DNA from: Pseudomonadota bacterium | GTDB taxonomy: Bacteria; Myxococcota_A; UBA796; SXON01 | Direction of reading: 5' to 3' | Assembly: GCA_030685065.1 (NCBI GenBank) | Contig: JAUXQH010000095.1 | Span: 142,855-206,854, forward strand | Length of the DNA: 64,000 bases | Shown here: positions 1 through 8,785 of the stretch, one piece after another | Layout: each line of letters starts with the position of its first letter | Numbering within the stretch: the stretch's first letter is position 1 | Notes under the pieces: model-generated | Told to the model about the DNA's origin: nothing | Seen by the model: the letters and a program-made list of their open reading frames with translations, nothing else | The model's database searches: none | Program-made: the position numbers and the translations under genes

Positions 1-1405
1 AGATGAACACGTTGCCGTCGTGCACGAAGCCGAGGTCACCGGTGCGGAGCCAGATGGTGGGGTCCGCGGCGCCGTCCGCCGTCGTGAGCGGGCGGTACAC
101 CTCGGCGGTGGCGGCCTCGTTCTTCCAGTACCCGTCGGTCAACGAGGGGCCTGCAAACACCAGCTCGCCCTCGCGGTCCTCACCGAGGAGGTTGCCCTCG
201 AGGTCGATGACGGCGATGCGGTGCTGGTTGAAGGGCTTGCCGCAGCCCACGAAGGCGAGCGCGAGCGCATCGTCCTCGGGGGTGACCACCTTGCCCTCGC
301 CGCGAAAGGCCTCCGCGTCGAGCAGGAGCACCGGAAGGTCGGCGCCGACGGGCGCGAAGGACATCGCGAGCGTCGCTTCGGCCATGCCGTACGCGGGCAT
401 GGGCACGCCGGGCTTGAGGCCGCAGGCGGCGAAGCGCTCGACGAACTCGAGCATCACGTTCGCGTTGATCGGCTCGGCCCCGCAGCCGATGAGGCGCACC
501 CGGGAAAGGTCCCACGTGGCGAGCTCCTTCTCCGAGGCGCGCTTCGTCGCGAGGGCGAACGCAAAGTTCGGCCCGAAGGACAACGTGCCCTTGTAGTCGT
601 GCATGGTCTGCAGCCAGACGTTCGGCCGCTTCACGAAGGAGAGCGTCGGGATGTACACCACGTCCGTCGCCTTGAAGAGCGGCGTGATGACGAACCCGAT
701 GAGCCCCATGTCGTGGTACAGCGGCAGCCAGCTGATCGCGACGTCGCTCCCGAGCTCGAGGCCCATGCCCTCCGTCGCGATCGCCCAGCAGTTGGCTACG
801 AGCGACCGGTGCGACACCATCACGCCCTTCGGCGCGGAGGTGGAGCCGCTCGTGAACTGGAGGAACGCCAGATCGTCCGGGGTGATGTCCGGCAGCGGCC
901 CTTCGCTCCGCTTGCCCGCGTCGAGCGACTCGACCAACAGCAGGTCCTTGATCGTCGACACCTTGGGAACAACCTGCCACAAAACGGATGACAGGGCCTT
1001 GTCCGTGATGATGAGCCGGGCCCCCGCCACCTCGAGGATGGTCACCGCGCTGTCCGCGTAGGCGTCGAGCTTGCCAAACGAGAGCGGCGGGAACATCGGC
1101 ACGGGGACCAGCCCCGCGAGCAGGGCGCCGAGGAAGGTGATGACGAAGTCCTGCGGCTGCGAGAGCACCATGGCCACGCGATCGCCGCGGGTCAGGCCCT
1201 GGCCGAGCAGCGCGTGCGCCCGCACTTCCGCCGCCTTGTAGAGCGCGGCGTAGGAGAAGAACGTCGGCTTGTTGGCGTTGTCGAGGAAGGTATGTCCGTG
1301 CTTCTCCACGCCGCGGATGCGACGGAGCGCCTCGACGACCGTCGCGGGAGCCTGCGACAAATCGACGGTGACAGGGTGTGTCTGGGACAACATCTGGGAC
1401 GACAT
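1..1405 (-). CDS. AMP-dependent synthetase/ligase (long-chain fatty-acid-CoA ligase / fatty-acyl-AMP ligase-like); partial, C-terminus beyond window start
   Basis: Own translation of the minus frame, which is not in the ORF track. It reads MSSQMLSQTHPVTV...SGSTSAPKGVMVSH...GYWKNEAATAEVYRP...WLRTGDLGF, typical AMP-binding motifs. GGAGGG SD lies 9 nt upstream of the ATG at 1405. The track ORFs 3..596, 20..991 and 180..1481 are shadow frames. Confidence 0.85.
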   Translation of the reverse strand, partial: MSSQMLSQTHPVTVDLSQAPATVVEALRRIRGVEKHGHTFLDNANKPTFFSYAALYKAAEVRAHALLGQGLTRGDRVAMVLSQPQDFVITFLGALLAGLVPVPMFPPLSFGKLDAYADSAVTILEVAGARLIITDKALSSVLWQVVPKVSTIKDLLLVESLDAGKRSEGPLPDITPDDLAFLQFTSGSTSAPKGVMVSHRSLVANCWAIATEGMGLELGSDVAISWLPLYHDMGLIGFVITPLFKATDVVYIPTLSFVKRPNVWLQTMHDYKGTLSFGPNFAFALATKRASEKELATWDLSRVRLIGCGAEPINANVMLEFVERFAACGLKPGVPMPAYGMAEATLAMSFAPVGADLPVLLLDAEAFRGEGKVVTPEDDALALAFVGCGKPFNQHRIAVIDLEGNLLGEDREGELVFAGPSLTDGYWKNEAATAEVYRPLTTADGAADPTIWLRTGDLGFVHDGNVFI

Positions 1406-1518
1406 CGGGGGCACCCTCCGAGGGCCGCACCTCTAGCACAGGGTACCCGGGTCGGCCAAGTGCCTGTTCCGAGATACACAATCAACCCGCCGGTCAGTAT
1501 GGATTACGCACCTGCCGC

Positions 1519-2808
1519 CTACCTGGCGACGCGCTGAAAGCTCCACGCCAGCGCGGGCGGCGTGAGCAGCGTCGTGAGGATCACCATGATGACGACGGCG
1601 GTGAACGTGCCGTCGTCGATGATGCGCTCGCCGGCCACCGTGAGCCCCAGGCCGATGTTCGCGAAGATCAGGCCCACTTCGCCGCGGGGGATCATGCCGA
1701 TTCCGATGGGCAGCTTCCGGATCGACTTGTCCAAGACGCCCAGCATGCAGAGCTGCTTGCCGACGAACGCCGCCACGGTGAGCGCCAGCGCCAGCCCGAG
1801 CACGTCGAGGTGGGCGAAGGTCGCGAGGTCGACGCGAAAGCCCATCACCACGAAGAACACGGGCGCGAGGAAGTTGGAGACGGGGCGGACGAGCTGCTCG
1901 AGCTGGTGCTCTCCCTTGTCCACGAAGGGCTGGTAGTGGGCGCCCTCGAGGATGAGGCCGGCGGCGAACGCCCCGACGATCGGCGCGAGCCCGAACACCC
2001 CCGCGAGCCACGACAGGCAGAAGCAGAACGCGAGGCTGATGCCGAGGAGCACACCGCCACCCCGCATCCGGGCAGCGTTGCGGTAGAGGTAGGGGGTCAA
2101 CAGCACCCCGAGGCCGACGGAGCCACCGAGGAACAGCACCGCCTTGCCGATGATGACCGCGATGGGGCCGAGCTCGGGCGCCACGTCCTGGTTGGCGGCG
2201 GCGATGATGCCGCTCACCGCGGCGAGCGCGACGAGCCCGAGCACGTCGTCGATGACGGCGGCCCCGAGGATGACGCGCGCCTCCTTGCTCTGGCTCTGAC
2301 CGATGTCCCGGAGGACGCGGGCGGTGATGCCGACGCTGGTGGCGGTGAGGGTGGCGCCGAGGAACAGGTGCACGTAGACCGAGTGGGTGGGCAAGAGGAC
2401 GACGCCCACGCCGAAGCCGAGGACGGCCGGCGCGATCACGCCGAGCACCGCGACGGCGAACGCGGATGCGCCCACGCGCGCCATCTGTTGGACCGTCGAC
2501 TCCAGGCCCACCTCGAACAGGAGCACGATCACGCCGAGGTTCGCGAGCGCATCCACGATGGGATCGGTGCCGATGAAGCTGAAGCCGTCGAAGCCGAAGA
2601 GGTGGAGGTTGCCGACGAGCACGCCGCCGACGAGCTCCCCGAGAACGGACGGCTGGCGGAGGCGCTGCGCGAGGTCGGCGCCGACCTTGGCCGCGACGAG
2701 GATGATCGTCAGCGCGAGCAGCGTGGGGCCGAGCGAGTCGTGTCCCTCGCTGGCGTGCGCGATCATGGGAAGGGCGCAGAGGAACAGGGGAAGCAGACGG
2801 AACCGCAC
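1519..2808 (-). CDS. cation:proton antiporter (CPA2 / Na+-H+ exchanger family)
   Basis: 429 aa polytopic membrane protein with the typical Kef/NhaP-like segments (LGELVGGVLVGNL, GLEFDV-like, IPRGEVGLIFA). No Arg-rich junk in the translation. Confidence 0.85.
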   Translation of the reverse strand: MRFRLLPLFLCALPMIAHASEGHDSLGPTLLALTIILVAAKVGADLAQRLRQPSVLGELVGGVLVGNLHLFGFDGFSFIGTDPIVDALANLGVIVLLFEVGLESTVQQMARVGASAFAVAVLGVIAPAVLGFGVGVVLLPTHSVYVHLFLGATLTATSVGITARVLRDIGQSQSKEARVILGAAVIDDVLGLVALAAVSGIIAAANQDVAPELGPIAVIIGKAVLFLGGSVGLGVLLTPYLYRNAARMRGGGVLLGISLAFCFCLSWLAGVFGLAPIVGAFAAGLILEGAHYQPFVDKGEHQLEQLVRPVSNFLAPVFFVVMGFRVDLATFAHLDVLGLALALTVAAFVGKQLCMLGVLDKSIRKLPIGIGMIPRGEVGLIFANIGLGLTVAGERIIDDGTFTAVVIMVILTTLLTPPALAWSFQRVAR

Positions 2809-2871
2809 GGAGCCCTCGGGGACGCCCTGCTAACGCACGAGCTGGGGGTCGGGGGCGTTAGACCGGAGGTC

Positions 2872-3288
2872 ATGCTCCCCTGGTCCGGCCTGCCCGTCAC
2901 CGTCATGTCGTCCCACATCGACATGTTCGGCCACGTCAACCACACGCGGTACCTCGAGTACATGGAGTGGGCGCGCTTCGCCTGGGCCGCGCACCTCGGC
3001 GTGCCGCTCCCCGAGCTGGTGCGCGACGAGGGCATCGGCCCCGCCATCATCCGCGCGGCGCTCTCCTTCCGTCGCGAGTGCCGCCTGGGAGACGAGCTCC
3101 TGGTCACCGTGCGCGTCGTCTCCGCGCGCCGCGGCATCGGGCGGCTTCACCAAGACATCGTCGACCGTCACACCAACGAGCGTGTGTGTGACGCGGAGAT
3201 GGCGTTCGTCATGCTCGATCTCGCCACGCGCAAGGCGGTGCCGCTTCCCGCGTTCTTCCTCGATCAACTGCCCGTCCGCGGCGCTTGA
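2872..3288 (+). CDS. acyl-CoA thioesterase, hotdog fold (YbgC/4HBT family)
   Basis: The real gene is the C-terminal 138 aa of track ORF 1378..3288. It reads MLPWSGLPVTVMSSHIDMFGHVNHTRYLEYMEWAR...; GGAGG lies 3-7 nt upstream of the ATG at 2872. The upstream 1.5 kb of that ORF is antisense to the antiporter and Arg/Glu-rich. Confidence 0.8.
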   Translation: MLPWSGLPVTVMSSHIDMFGHVNHTRYLEYMEWARFAWAAHLGVPLPELVRDEGIGPAIIRAALSFRRECRLGDELLVTVRVVSARRGIGRLHQDIVDRHTNERVCDAEMAFVMLDLATRKAVPLPAFFLDQLPVRGA

Positions 3289-3307
3289 TTCGAACCGAGG
3301 TGTCCAG

Positions 3308-3754
3308 ATGCCCGTTCACGAGCTGTTTCCTTACCTCCGCGTCCGCGGGGCCTCCGAGGCCATCACCTTCTACGCCCGCGCGTTCGGCGCCGTCGAGCTG
3401 TTCCGCCTCACCGAGCCCGGCGGCCGCGTGGGTCACGCCGAGATCACCATCGACGGGCACACCGTCATGATCTCGGACGAGTACCCCGAGTACGGAATCA
3501 ACGGCCCCGCCTCGCTGGGGGGCGTCGCGTCCGACCTGCACCTCCACGTCGACAACGCGGACGAGGCCCTCCAACGCGCGGTCGACGCCGGGGCCACGCT
3601 CGTCCGGCCGGCGACCGACCAGTTCTACGGCGAGCGCTCCGGCCGCGTGCGCGATCCGTTCGGCCACGAGTGGACGATGGGGCACTCGATCGAGACGCTC
3701 ACGCACGAGGAGATGCAGCGGCGGTTCAACGCGCTGTATACGCCGGGCGAATAG
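3308..3754 (+). CDS. VOC/glyoxalase-bleomycin resistance family protein (PhnB-like)
   Basis: MPVHELFPYLRVRGASEAITFYARAFGAVELFRL...HTVMISDEYPEY...DPFGHEWTMGH, a typical PhnB/VOC pattern. GAGGTG lies upstream. Confidence 0.8.
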   Translation: MPVHELFPYLRVRGASEAITFYARAFGAVELFRLTEPGGRVGHAEITIDGHTVMISDEYPEYGINGPASLGGVASDLHLHVDNADEALQRAVDAGATLVRPATDQFYGERSGRVRDPFGHEWTMGHSIETLTHEEMQRRFNALYTPGE

Positions 3755-3760
3755 TACCCA

Positions 3761-4190
3761 TCCTCTCTCGATATTCCTGATTTTCCAGATCCGGCGCCGG
3801 AGGAAGGCAAATCAGGAAGGCAGGAATAGAGGAAGGCAGGAAGCAAGGCAAGAACGCGTAAGGACCGACCCGTCCCGTCCGGCTCCCCCTCCTGCATTTC
3901 TAGCTTCCTGCATTCCTGATTCTCCGGATCCGGATCGTACGCCAAGAGGGCATGCGACCGTCCCCTCCCGTCCCGCTCCCCCTCCTGCATTCCTAGCTTC
4001 CTGCATTCCTGATTCTCCGGATCCGGGATCGGGAGGAAGGCAAATCAGGAAGGCAGGAATAGAGGAAGGCAGGAAGCAAGACAAAAAGACGTCGGACCGT
4101 CCCCTCCCGTCCGCCTCCTCCTCCTGCATTCCTAGCTTCCTGCCTTCCTGATTCTCCGGATCCGGATCCGCAGACGCCCAGGAGCCTCCT
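3761..4190. repeat. complex intergenic repeat element: three direct ~75-bp units plus two inverted ~50-bp partner copies, locally AT-richer
   Basis: Direct units gaccgNcccctcccgtccNNctccNcctcctgcattcctagcttcctgcattcctgattctccggatccgg end near 3934, 4026 and 4166. Inverted partners ccggaggaaggcaaatcaggaaggcaggaatagaggaaggcaggaagcaag sit at ~3797-3850 and ~4030-4083. There are internal TTCCTG / CAGGAA sub-repeats. No credible ORF; the two track ORFs over it are compositional artifacts. Confidence 0.8.
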
Positions 4191-4243
4191 CGCCCCATAC
4201 CGCGATAGATGCCGTTCATGGCCACGAATGACGGTTTCACCCC

Positions 4244-4801
4244 ATGACCGACGACACCCTCCTCCACCGGGAGCTCGCCGCCCGCCAGGCCGACCGCGCC
4301 GTGGTCCGCATCTACCGGGATCGCCTGGGTGACGAGGGGATCCTCGGCCGCGTGGCGCAGTTCTCGGAGGACGTGCTCGTGCTCGCGCGGCTGGACGGCG
4401 AGAGCCGAGACGAGGGGCTGACCGCCTTGCGGATGGACGACATCACTCGCATCGGCTCTGGCACGCGGGAGGCCCAGGCGCACACCGCTCTCGCGACGGA
4501 TCTGCTCTACAACCCGATGGAGGAGGCCTCGCTCACCGACCTCGCCGCCACCCTCTCGGCGCTCGCCCGCCGCTACCCGATCCTCGCCCTCCACACCGAG
4601 CACTACACCCCCGACGAGACCTACATCGGCGTGCCCGGCGTGCCCGACGACGACCACCTCGTGCTCCAGGCCTGGGGCTCGGCCCTGACGCTCGACACGC
4701 ACCAGGTCGTGCTCCTCCACGATCTGATCACCCGCGTCGACGCCGGCGATGCCTACCTCAACTGGCTCGTCCGCGCCCACGCCCTCCAGCGGCAGGGGTA
4801 G
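4244..4801 (+). CDS. hypothetical protein
   Basis: 185 aa with a balanced composition (MTDDTLLHRELAARQADRAVVRIYRDRLGDEGILGRVAQF...). Lies between the repeat element and convergent ech. No recognizable family. Confidence 0.55.
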   Translation: MTDDTLLHRELAARQADRAVVRIYRDRLGDEGILGRVAQFSEDVLVLARLDGESRDEGLTALRMDDITRIGSGTREAQAHTALATDLLYNPMEEASLTDLAATLSALARRYPILALHTEHYTPDETYIGVPGVPDDDHLVLQAWGSALTLDTHQVVLLHDLITRVDAGDAYLNWLVRAHALQRQG

Positions 4802-4885
4802 CGGCCGGAGCAGAGTCAGGGCGAACGGACCGCGCGGACGCGGCCGTCGCGGAGGCGGAGTCGCAGGGCCGGACAGCCCCGAACC

Positions 4886-5587
4886 TCATCCCCGGAGCGC
4901 CGCCCGCTGCGCATACAACACCGCCTCCGCCTGCCGCTCCCGCGCGAGCGCGCCGTCGGACTCTGTCGCGTCGAGCAGCTCCTTCGCGAGCGCGAGCGCC
5001 ACCGGGTCCCGCGTCGCGATCTCGGCGGCCCATGCGAGCGCGTCGGCGCGCGGATCGTCGGCGATCCGGTGCACGATCCCCCAGGCGAGCGCGATCTGCG
5101 CGTCGATCACCCGACCCGCCAGGATCATCTCTTTCGCGCGCGAAGGCCCGGCCAGCCGCGCCAGCCGCGTGGTGCCCCCGGCCGAGGGGAGGATGCCGAG
5201 CTTCGTCTCGGGCAGCGAGAACCGCGCCGCGGGCCCGGCCACGCGAAGGTCACACGCGAGGGCGAGCTCGAAGCCGCCCGCCACCGCCGCGCCCTGCACC
5301 GCCGCGATGGTGACGACGGGAAGCCGGGCGATCGCGGTGAACACGCGCTGGGACCGGAGCTCGAGCGCGTCGAGGGGGGCGGCGTGCTCCATCGCGCCGA
5401 GGTCCGCCCCGCCGCAGAAGGCGCGCTCCCCGGTGGAGCAGATCACGAGGACCCGGTGAGTGGCCGCGAGCTCCTCCGCGGCGACCAGCAGGGCATCGAG
5501 GTGCGCGCGGTCGTATGCGTGGGCGCGATCGGGACGATCCAGCCACAGCTGGCCGACGTCGCCGTGGCGTTCGGTGCGGATCGACAT
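4886..5587 (-). CDS. enoyl-CoA hydratase/isomerase (crotonase family)
   Basis: 233 aa with ...VICSTGERAFCGGADLGAM...AAVQGAAVAGGFELALACDLRVA..., the crotonase oxyanion-hole motifs. Confidence 0.85.
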   Translation of the reverse strand: MSIRTERHGDVGQLWLDRPDRAHAYDRAHLDALLVAAEELAATHRVLVICSTGERAFCGGADLGAMEHAAPLDALELRSQRVFTAIARLPVVTIAAVQGAAVAGGFELALACDLRVAGPAARFSLPETKLGILPSAGGTTRLARLAGPSRAKEMILAGRVIDAQIALAWGIVHRIADDPRADALAWAAEIATRDPVALALAKELLDATESDGALARERQAEAVLYAQRAALRG

Positions 5588-5610
5588 CTCGCCGAGATAA
5601 CCTCCCGGGG

Positions 5611-6321
5611 ATGAAGTTCCGCGTGGTCTGGGACCAGATGGAGGAGTGCCCGTACCTCCCCGGCCAGGTGGCGAGGCTGCCGCTGCGGCTCCCGCCCCGG
5701 CTCCTCACCCCGGAGGAGCTCGACATACGGCTCGAGCTGGGCGAGCGGCGCTCCGGGCGCATGGTCTACCGCACGCAATGCCCCGCCTGCACCGCCTGTG
5801 AGCCCCTGCGCGTGTCGGTGGCGCGGTTCGAGCCGTCGAGCTCCCAGCGCCGCACGTGGCGTCGTAACCGGGCCGACGTTCATGTCGAGGTCGGGGACCC
5901 CGAGCTCTCCGACGAGCGGCTCGCGCTCTACAACCGCCACAAGATGGAGCGCGGCCTCGCCCGCAGCGACGAGCCCCTGGGCGCCGCGGGCTACCGCGCC
6001 TGGCTGGTCGACACGTGCGTCCACTCGAAAGAGCTCCGCTACTACGTGGGGACGCGGCTCATCGGCGTGAGCATCCTCGACATCGGGCGTACGAGCGTGT
6101 CGAGCGTCTACCACTACTTCGATCCTGACGAAGCGCGCCGCTCCCTCGGCGTGTACTCGGTGCTCCGCGAGATCGCGTGGTGCGAGGAGCTCGGCATCGA
6201 GTGGTACTACCTAGGCCTGTACGTGCGGGACTGCGTACACCTCGCCTACAAGGGTGGCTATCACCCGCACCAGCGTCGGATCGCGGGAGAGTGGGCGGAC
6301 GTGATCGGCGAGCCCGAGTAG
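5611..6321 (+). CDS. bpt: arginyl/leucyl-tRNA--protein transferase (Bpt / ATE1-like aspartate/glutamate leucyltransferase)
   Basis: MKFRVVWDQMEECPYLPGQVARLPL...YRTQCPACTAC.PLRV...YNRHKMERG...YYLGLYV...LAYKGGYHPHQ, conserved Bpt motifs. Start chosen at the internal ATG 5611; the upstream 32 codons of the track ORF are Arg-rich. Confidence 0.8.
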   Translation: MKFRVVWDQMEECPYLPGQVARLPLRLPPRLLTPEELDIRLELGERRSGRMVYRTQCPACTACEPLRVSVARFEPSSSQRRTWRRNRADVHVEVGDPELSDERLALYNRHKMERGLARSDEPLGAAGYRAWLVDTCVHSKELRYYVGTRLIGVSILDIGRTSVSSVYHYFDPDEARRSLGVYSVLREIAWCEELGIEWYYLGLYVRDCVHLAYKGGYHPHQRRIAGEWADVIGEPE

Positions 6322-6336
6322 GGCGCCGACCGCGAG

Positions 6337-6903
6337 TCAGCCGCCGTGCCCGGTGTGCTGGAGCACCACCGAATACCCCACGGCCACGCCCTCGCCCGGG
6401 TTCTCGTAGCCGTGGCGTTGGTCGCCGCGAAACACCACGACGTCGCCGGGGCCGAGCTCGAAGCGCGCGCCCCCCACGGTGAGCGCGACGGTGCCGGACT
6501 CGCAGGTGAGGTACTCGCGGGTGCCGGGCGTGTGGGGAATGCCCGCGAACCGGCCGCCCGGGGGCAGCTCGAACCGCTCGATCTCCGTGCCGGGCAGCGG
6601 CTCGGGGAGGAGGCGGCGGACGCGCGCGCTGCCCGGAGTCCGGGTGGGGAGCGCCTCGCGGCGGTAGAGCCGGGCCTCGACCGCGCGCGCGGCCAGCAGC
6701 TCCTCGATCCCGACGCCCAGGGCCTCGGCGGCGGCGGCGAGCACCGCGAGCGTCGGGTTTGCGTCCCCGCTCTCGAGGTGGGTCCAGGTGGCACGCGGCA
6801 GCCCCGCCTTCCGGGCGAGGGCCGTCTGGGAGAGGCCCCGCGCCTCCCGGAGCTGGCGGAGGTTGCCCGCGAGGTGCGTGGAGAGTGGACCAGCCAGCGG
6901 CAT
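6337..6903 (-). CDS. XRE-family HTH transcriptional regulator with C-terminal cupin domain
   Basis: MPLAGPLSTHLAGNLRQLREARGLSQTALARKAGLPRATWTHLESGDANPTL (HTH_XRE) followed by a cupin-like ...TCESGTVALTVGGARFELGPGDVVVF. GGAGGA lies immediately upstream of the ATG. The upstream 180 codons of the track ORF are junk. Confidence 0.8.
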   Translation of the reverse strand: MPLAGPLSTHLAGNLRQLREARGLSQTALARKAGLPRATWTHLESGDANPTLAVLAAAAEALGVGIEELLAARAVEARLYRREALPTRTPGSARVRRLLPEPLPGTEIERFELPPGGRFAGIPHTPGTREYLTCESGTVALTVGGARFELGPGDVVVFRGDQRHGYENPGEGVAVGYSVVLQHTGHGG

Positions 6904-7015
6904 TCCTCCGTGCCCCCCGCTGTAACTTCGCTCGGCGATCGGGCAAGGGATTGGCGGATCGGCGGCCTCGGCGGGCCGGAGGGAGAACACTGGGGGGGCA
7001 ACACGGAGCTCACGA

Positions 7016-7708
7016 ATGTCCCACATCCCCCCCTTTCGAGGCGCCATCATCACCGGCGCCAGCCGCGGCCTCGGCGCCGCCTTCGCCCGCGCGCTCGCCG
7101 CCGACGGCACCCGCGTCCTGCTCGTCGGGCGCCACAAGCCCGCGCTCGACATCGTCGTGGAGCAGATCCGCGCCGCGGGCGGCGAGGCCCACGCCTTCGC
7201 CGCCGACATCGCCGACAAGCACCAGACCCACGCCCTCGCCGCCGCGGCCGAAGCGCAGGTGGGCCCGGTCGACCTGCTCATCCACAACGCCAGCACGCTC
7301 GGGCCCCTGCCGCTCCGCCCGCTCGTCGAGCTCTCCTGCGAGGACCTCGCCGCGGTCCTTGAGACCAACCTCATCGGCCCCTTCCGCCTCACCAAGGTCA
7401 TCGCCGGGAGCATGGCGCTCCGGGGCCGCGGCACCGTGCTCCACATCAGCTCGGACGCCGCGGTGAACGCCTACCCGGGGTGGGGCGCCTACGGGGTCTC
7501 CAAGGCCGCCCAGGACCACCTCGCGCGCAGCTTCGCGGCCGACTTCGGTGAGACCAACGTCCGCTTCCTCTCGGTCGACCCCGGCGAGATGGACACCCGC
7601 ATGCATGACGACGCCATGCCCGGCCTCTCCGACGCCGATCGCGCCGCGCTCGGCCGCCCGGACGAGGTCGCCCGCCGTATCCTCGCCTCGCTCCGGGAGG
7701 CGTCATGA
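7016..7708 (+). CDS. SDR family oxidoreductase
   Basis: IITGASRGLGAAFARALAADG...NAS...YGVSKAA..., the TGxxxGxG and YxxxK SDR motifs. Confidence 0.85.
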   Translation: MSHIPPFRGAIITGASRGLGAAFARALAADGTRVLLVGRHKPALDIVVEQIRAAGGEAHAFAADIADKHQTHALAAAAEAQVGPVDLLIHNASTLGPLPLRPLVELSCEDLAAVLETNLIGPFRLTKVIAGSMALRGRGTVLHISSDAAVNAYPGWGAYGVSKAAQDHLARSFAADFGETNVRFLSVDPGEMDTRMHDDAMPGLSDADRAALGRPDEVARRILASLREAS

Positions 7709-8712
7709 CCGCGCCGCTGCCCTCGCTGGTGGCCGCGAACCGGCCCGGCCTCGCCCGCCGCCTACTCACCTTCCCGGCGTTGGAGCTCCATCCGTTCGGG
7801 GCGCTCCCGCGCCTCCTCGCCCCCGGGGATCTCCTCGTGGTCAACGACGCCGCGACCCTGCCCGCGTCGCTCTCCGGCACCGTCCGCGGCCTTCCCATCG
7901 AGCTGCGCCTCTCGGGCCAGCGGCCGGACGGCGCGTGGGAGACCGTCGCCTTCGGCCGCGGCGACTGGCACGTGGACACCGACCTGCGCGCGCCCCCGCC
8001 CGCGCTGGTCGTGGGCGACAAGGTGGCCCTGGGCGCCCTCACCGCCGTGGTCCTGGAGGTGTCCCACCCGCGACGTCCCGTGGTTGTGCTCGACGCGGGG
8101 GCCGCCGCGTTCTGGCACGCGCTCTACCAATCGGGCCGGCCCGTCCAGTACCGTCACTTGGATGACACGCTCGACGTTTGGGACGTCCAGACGCCCTACG
8201 CCGGGCCGCCCTGGGCGGTCGAGCCCCCGTCCGCCGGGTTGGGGCTCACCATCACGCTGATCGGGGAGCTGCGCGCCCGCGGGATCGAGGTCGTCTCGCT
8301 CACCGAGGCCGCGGGGCTCTCCGCCACGGGCGACCCCGATTTGGACGCGGCGTTGCCATTTCCGGAGCGGTACGCGGTGCCGGCTGCCACGTGGGAGGCG
8401 GTCGAGCGGGCGCGCGCCGGCAAGGTGATCGCGGTCGGCACCAGCGTCGTGCGTGCCCTGGAAACCGTGGCGCGAACCGGCGTCCTCGCGGGGGTCACCG
8501 ATCTCCACCTCTCCGCGGCCAACCCGGTGCGCGTCGTCGGCGGCCTGGTGACCGGCGTCCACGCGCCCGGAACCTCCCACCACGCCCTCTTGGACGCCGT
8601 GCTCGTCGGAAACGGGCTCGACCGCGCGGGCCTCCGGGCGCTCGGGGAGCGCGCCGCGATCCTCGGGCTTCGCGACCACGAGTTCGGCGACGGGGTGCTG
8701 ATGCGGGGGTAG
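7705..8712 (+). CDS. S-adenosylmethionine:tRNA ribosyltransferase-isomerase-like protein (QueA family paralog)
   Basis: LLVVNDAATLPASLSG...TAVVLEV..., QueA-like blocks. The start ATG overlaps the SDR stop (ATGA at 7705-7708). Confidence 0.6.
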   Translation: MTAPLPSLVAANRPGLARRLLTFPALELHPFGALPRLLAPGDLLVVNDAATLPASLSGTVRGLPIELRLSGQRPDGAWETVAFGRGDWHVDTDLRAPPPALVVGDKVALGALTAVVLEVSHPRRPVVVLDAGAAAFWHALYQSGRPVQYRHLDDTLDVWDVQTPYAGPPWAVEPPSAGLGLTITLIGELRARGIEVVSLTEAAGLSATGDPDLDAALPFPERYAVPAATWEAVERARAGKVIAVGTSVVRALETVARTGVLAGVTDLHLSAANPVRVVGGLVTGVHAPGTSHHALLDAVLVGNGLDRAGLRALGERAAILGLRDHEFGDGVLMRG

Positions 8713-8785
8713 CCAATCCGGATTTGGGCGGATGGACCGCGCGGACGCGGCCACCGCGGGGCGGGGTGGCAGGGGCGAGCCCCCC

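Noticed and set aside
3-1481. Track ORFs 3..596 (+), 20..991 (+), 180..1481 (-), 1192..1485 (-), 1214..1537 (+)
   Set aside because: All are Arg/Pro/Gly-rich off-frame or antisense readings of the acyl-AMP ligase gene. The true minus frame has clear AMP-binding motifs, but the track omitted it because it has no in-window stop.
1378-3288. 636-aa ORF on the plus strand
   Set aside because: Only the last 138 codons (thioesterase) look like protein. The upstream 1.5 kb is antisense to the CPA2 antiporter and is an Asp/Glu/Arg/Gly low-complexity shadow frame typical of high-GC DNA.
3761-4190. Possible CRISPR array
   Set aside because: The repeats are ~75 bp with inverted partner copies, the spacers are short, unequal and themselves repeated, and there are no cas genes. 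The structure is palindromic rather than repeat-spacer.
3625-4780. ORFs 3625..3990 (-) and 3812..4780 (-) across the repeat element
   Set aside because: They translate the TTCCTG repeat DNA into low-complexity peptides, and downstream they run antisense to the better-supported gene 4244..4801.
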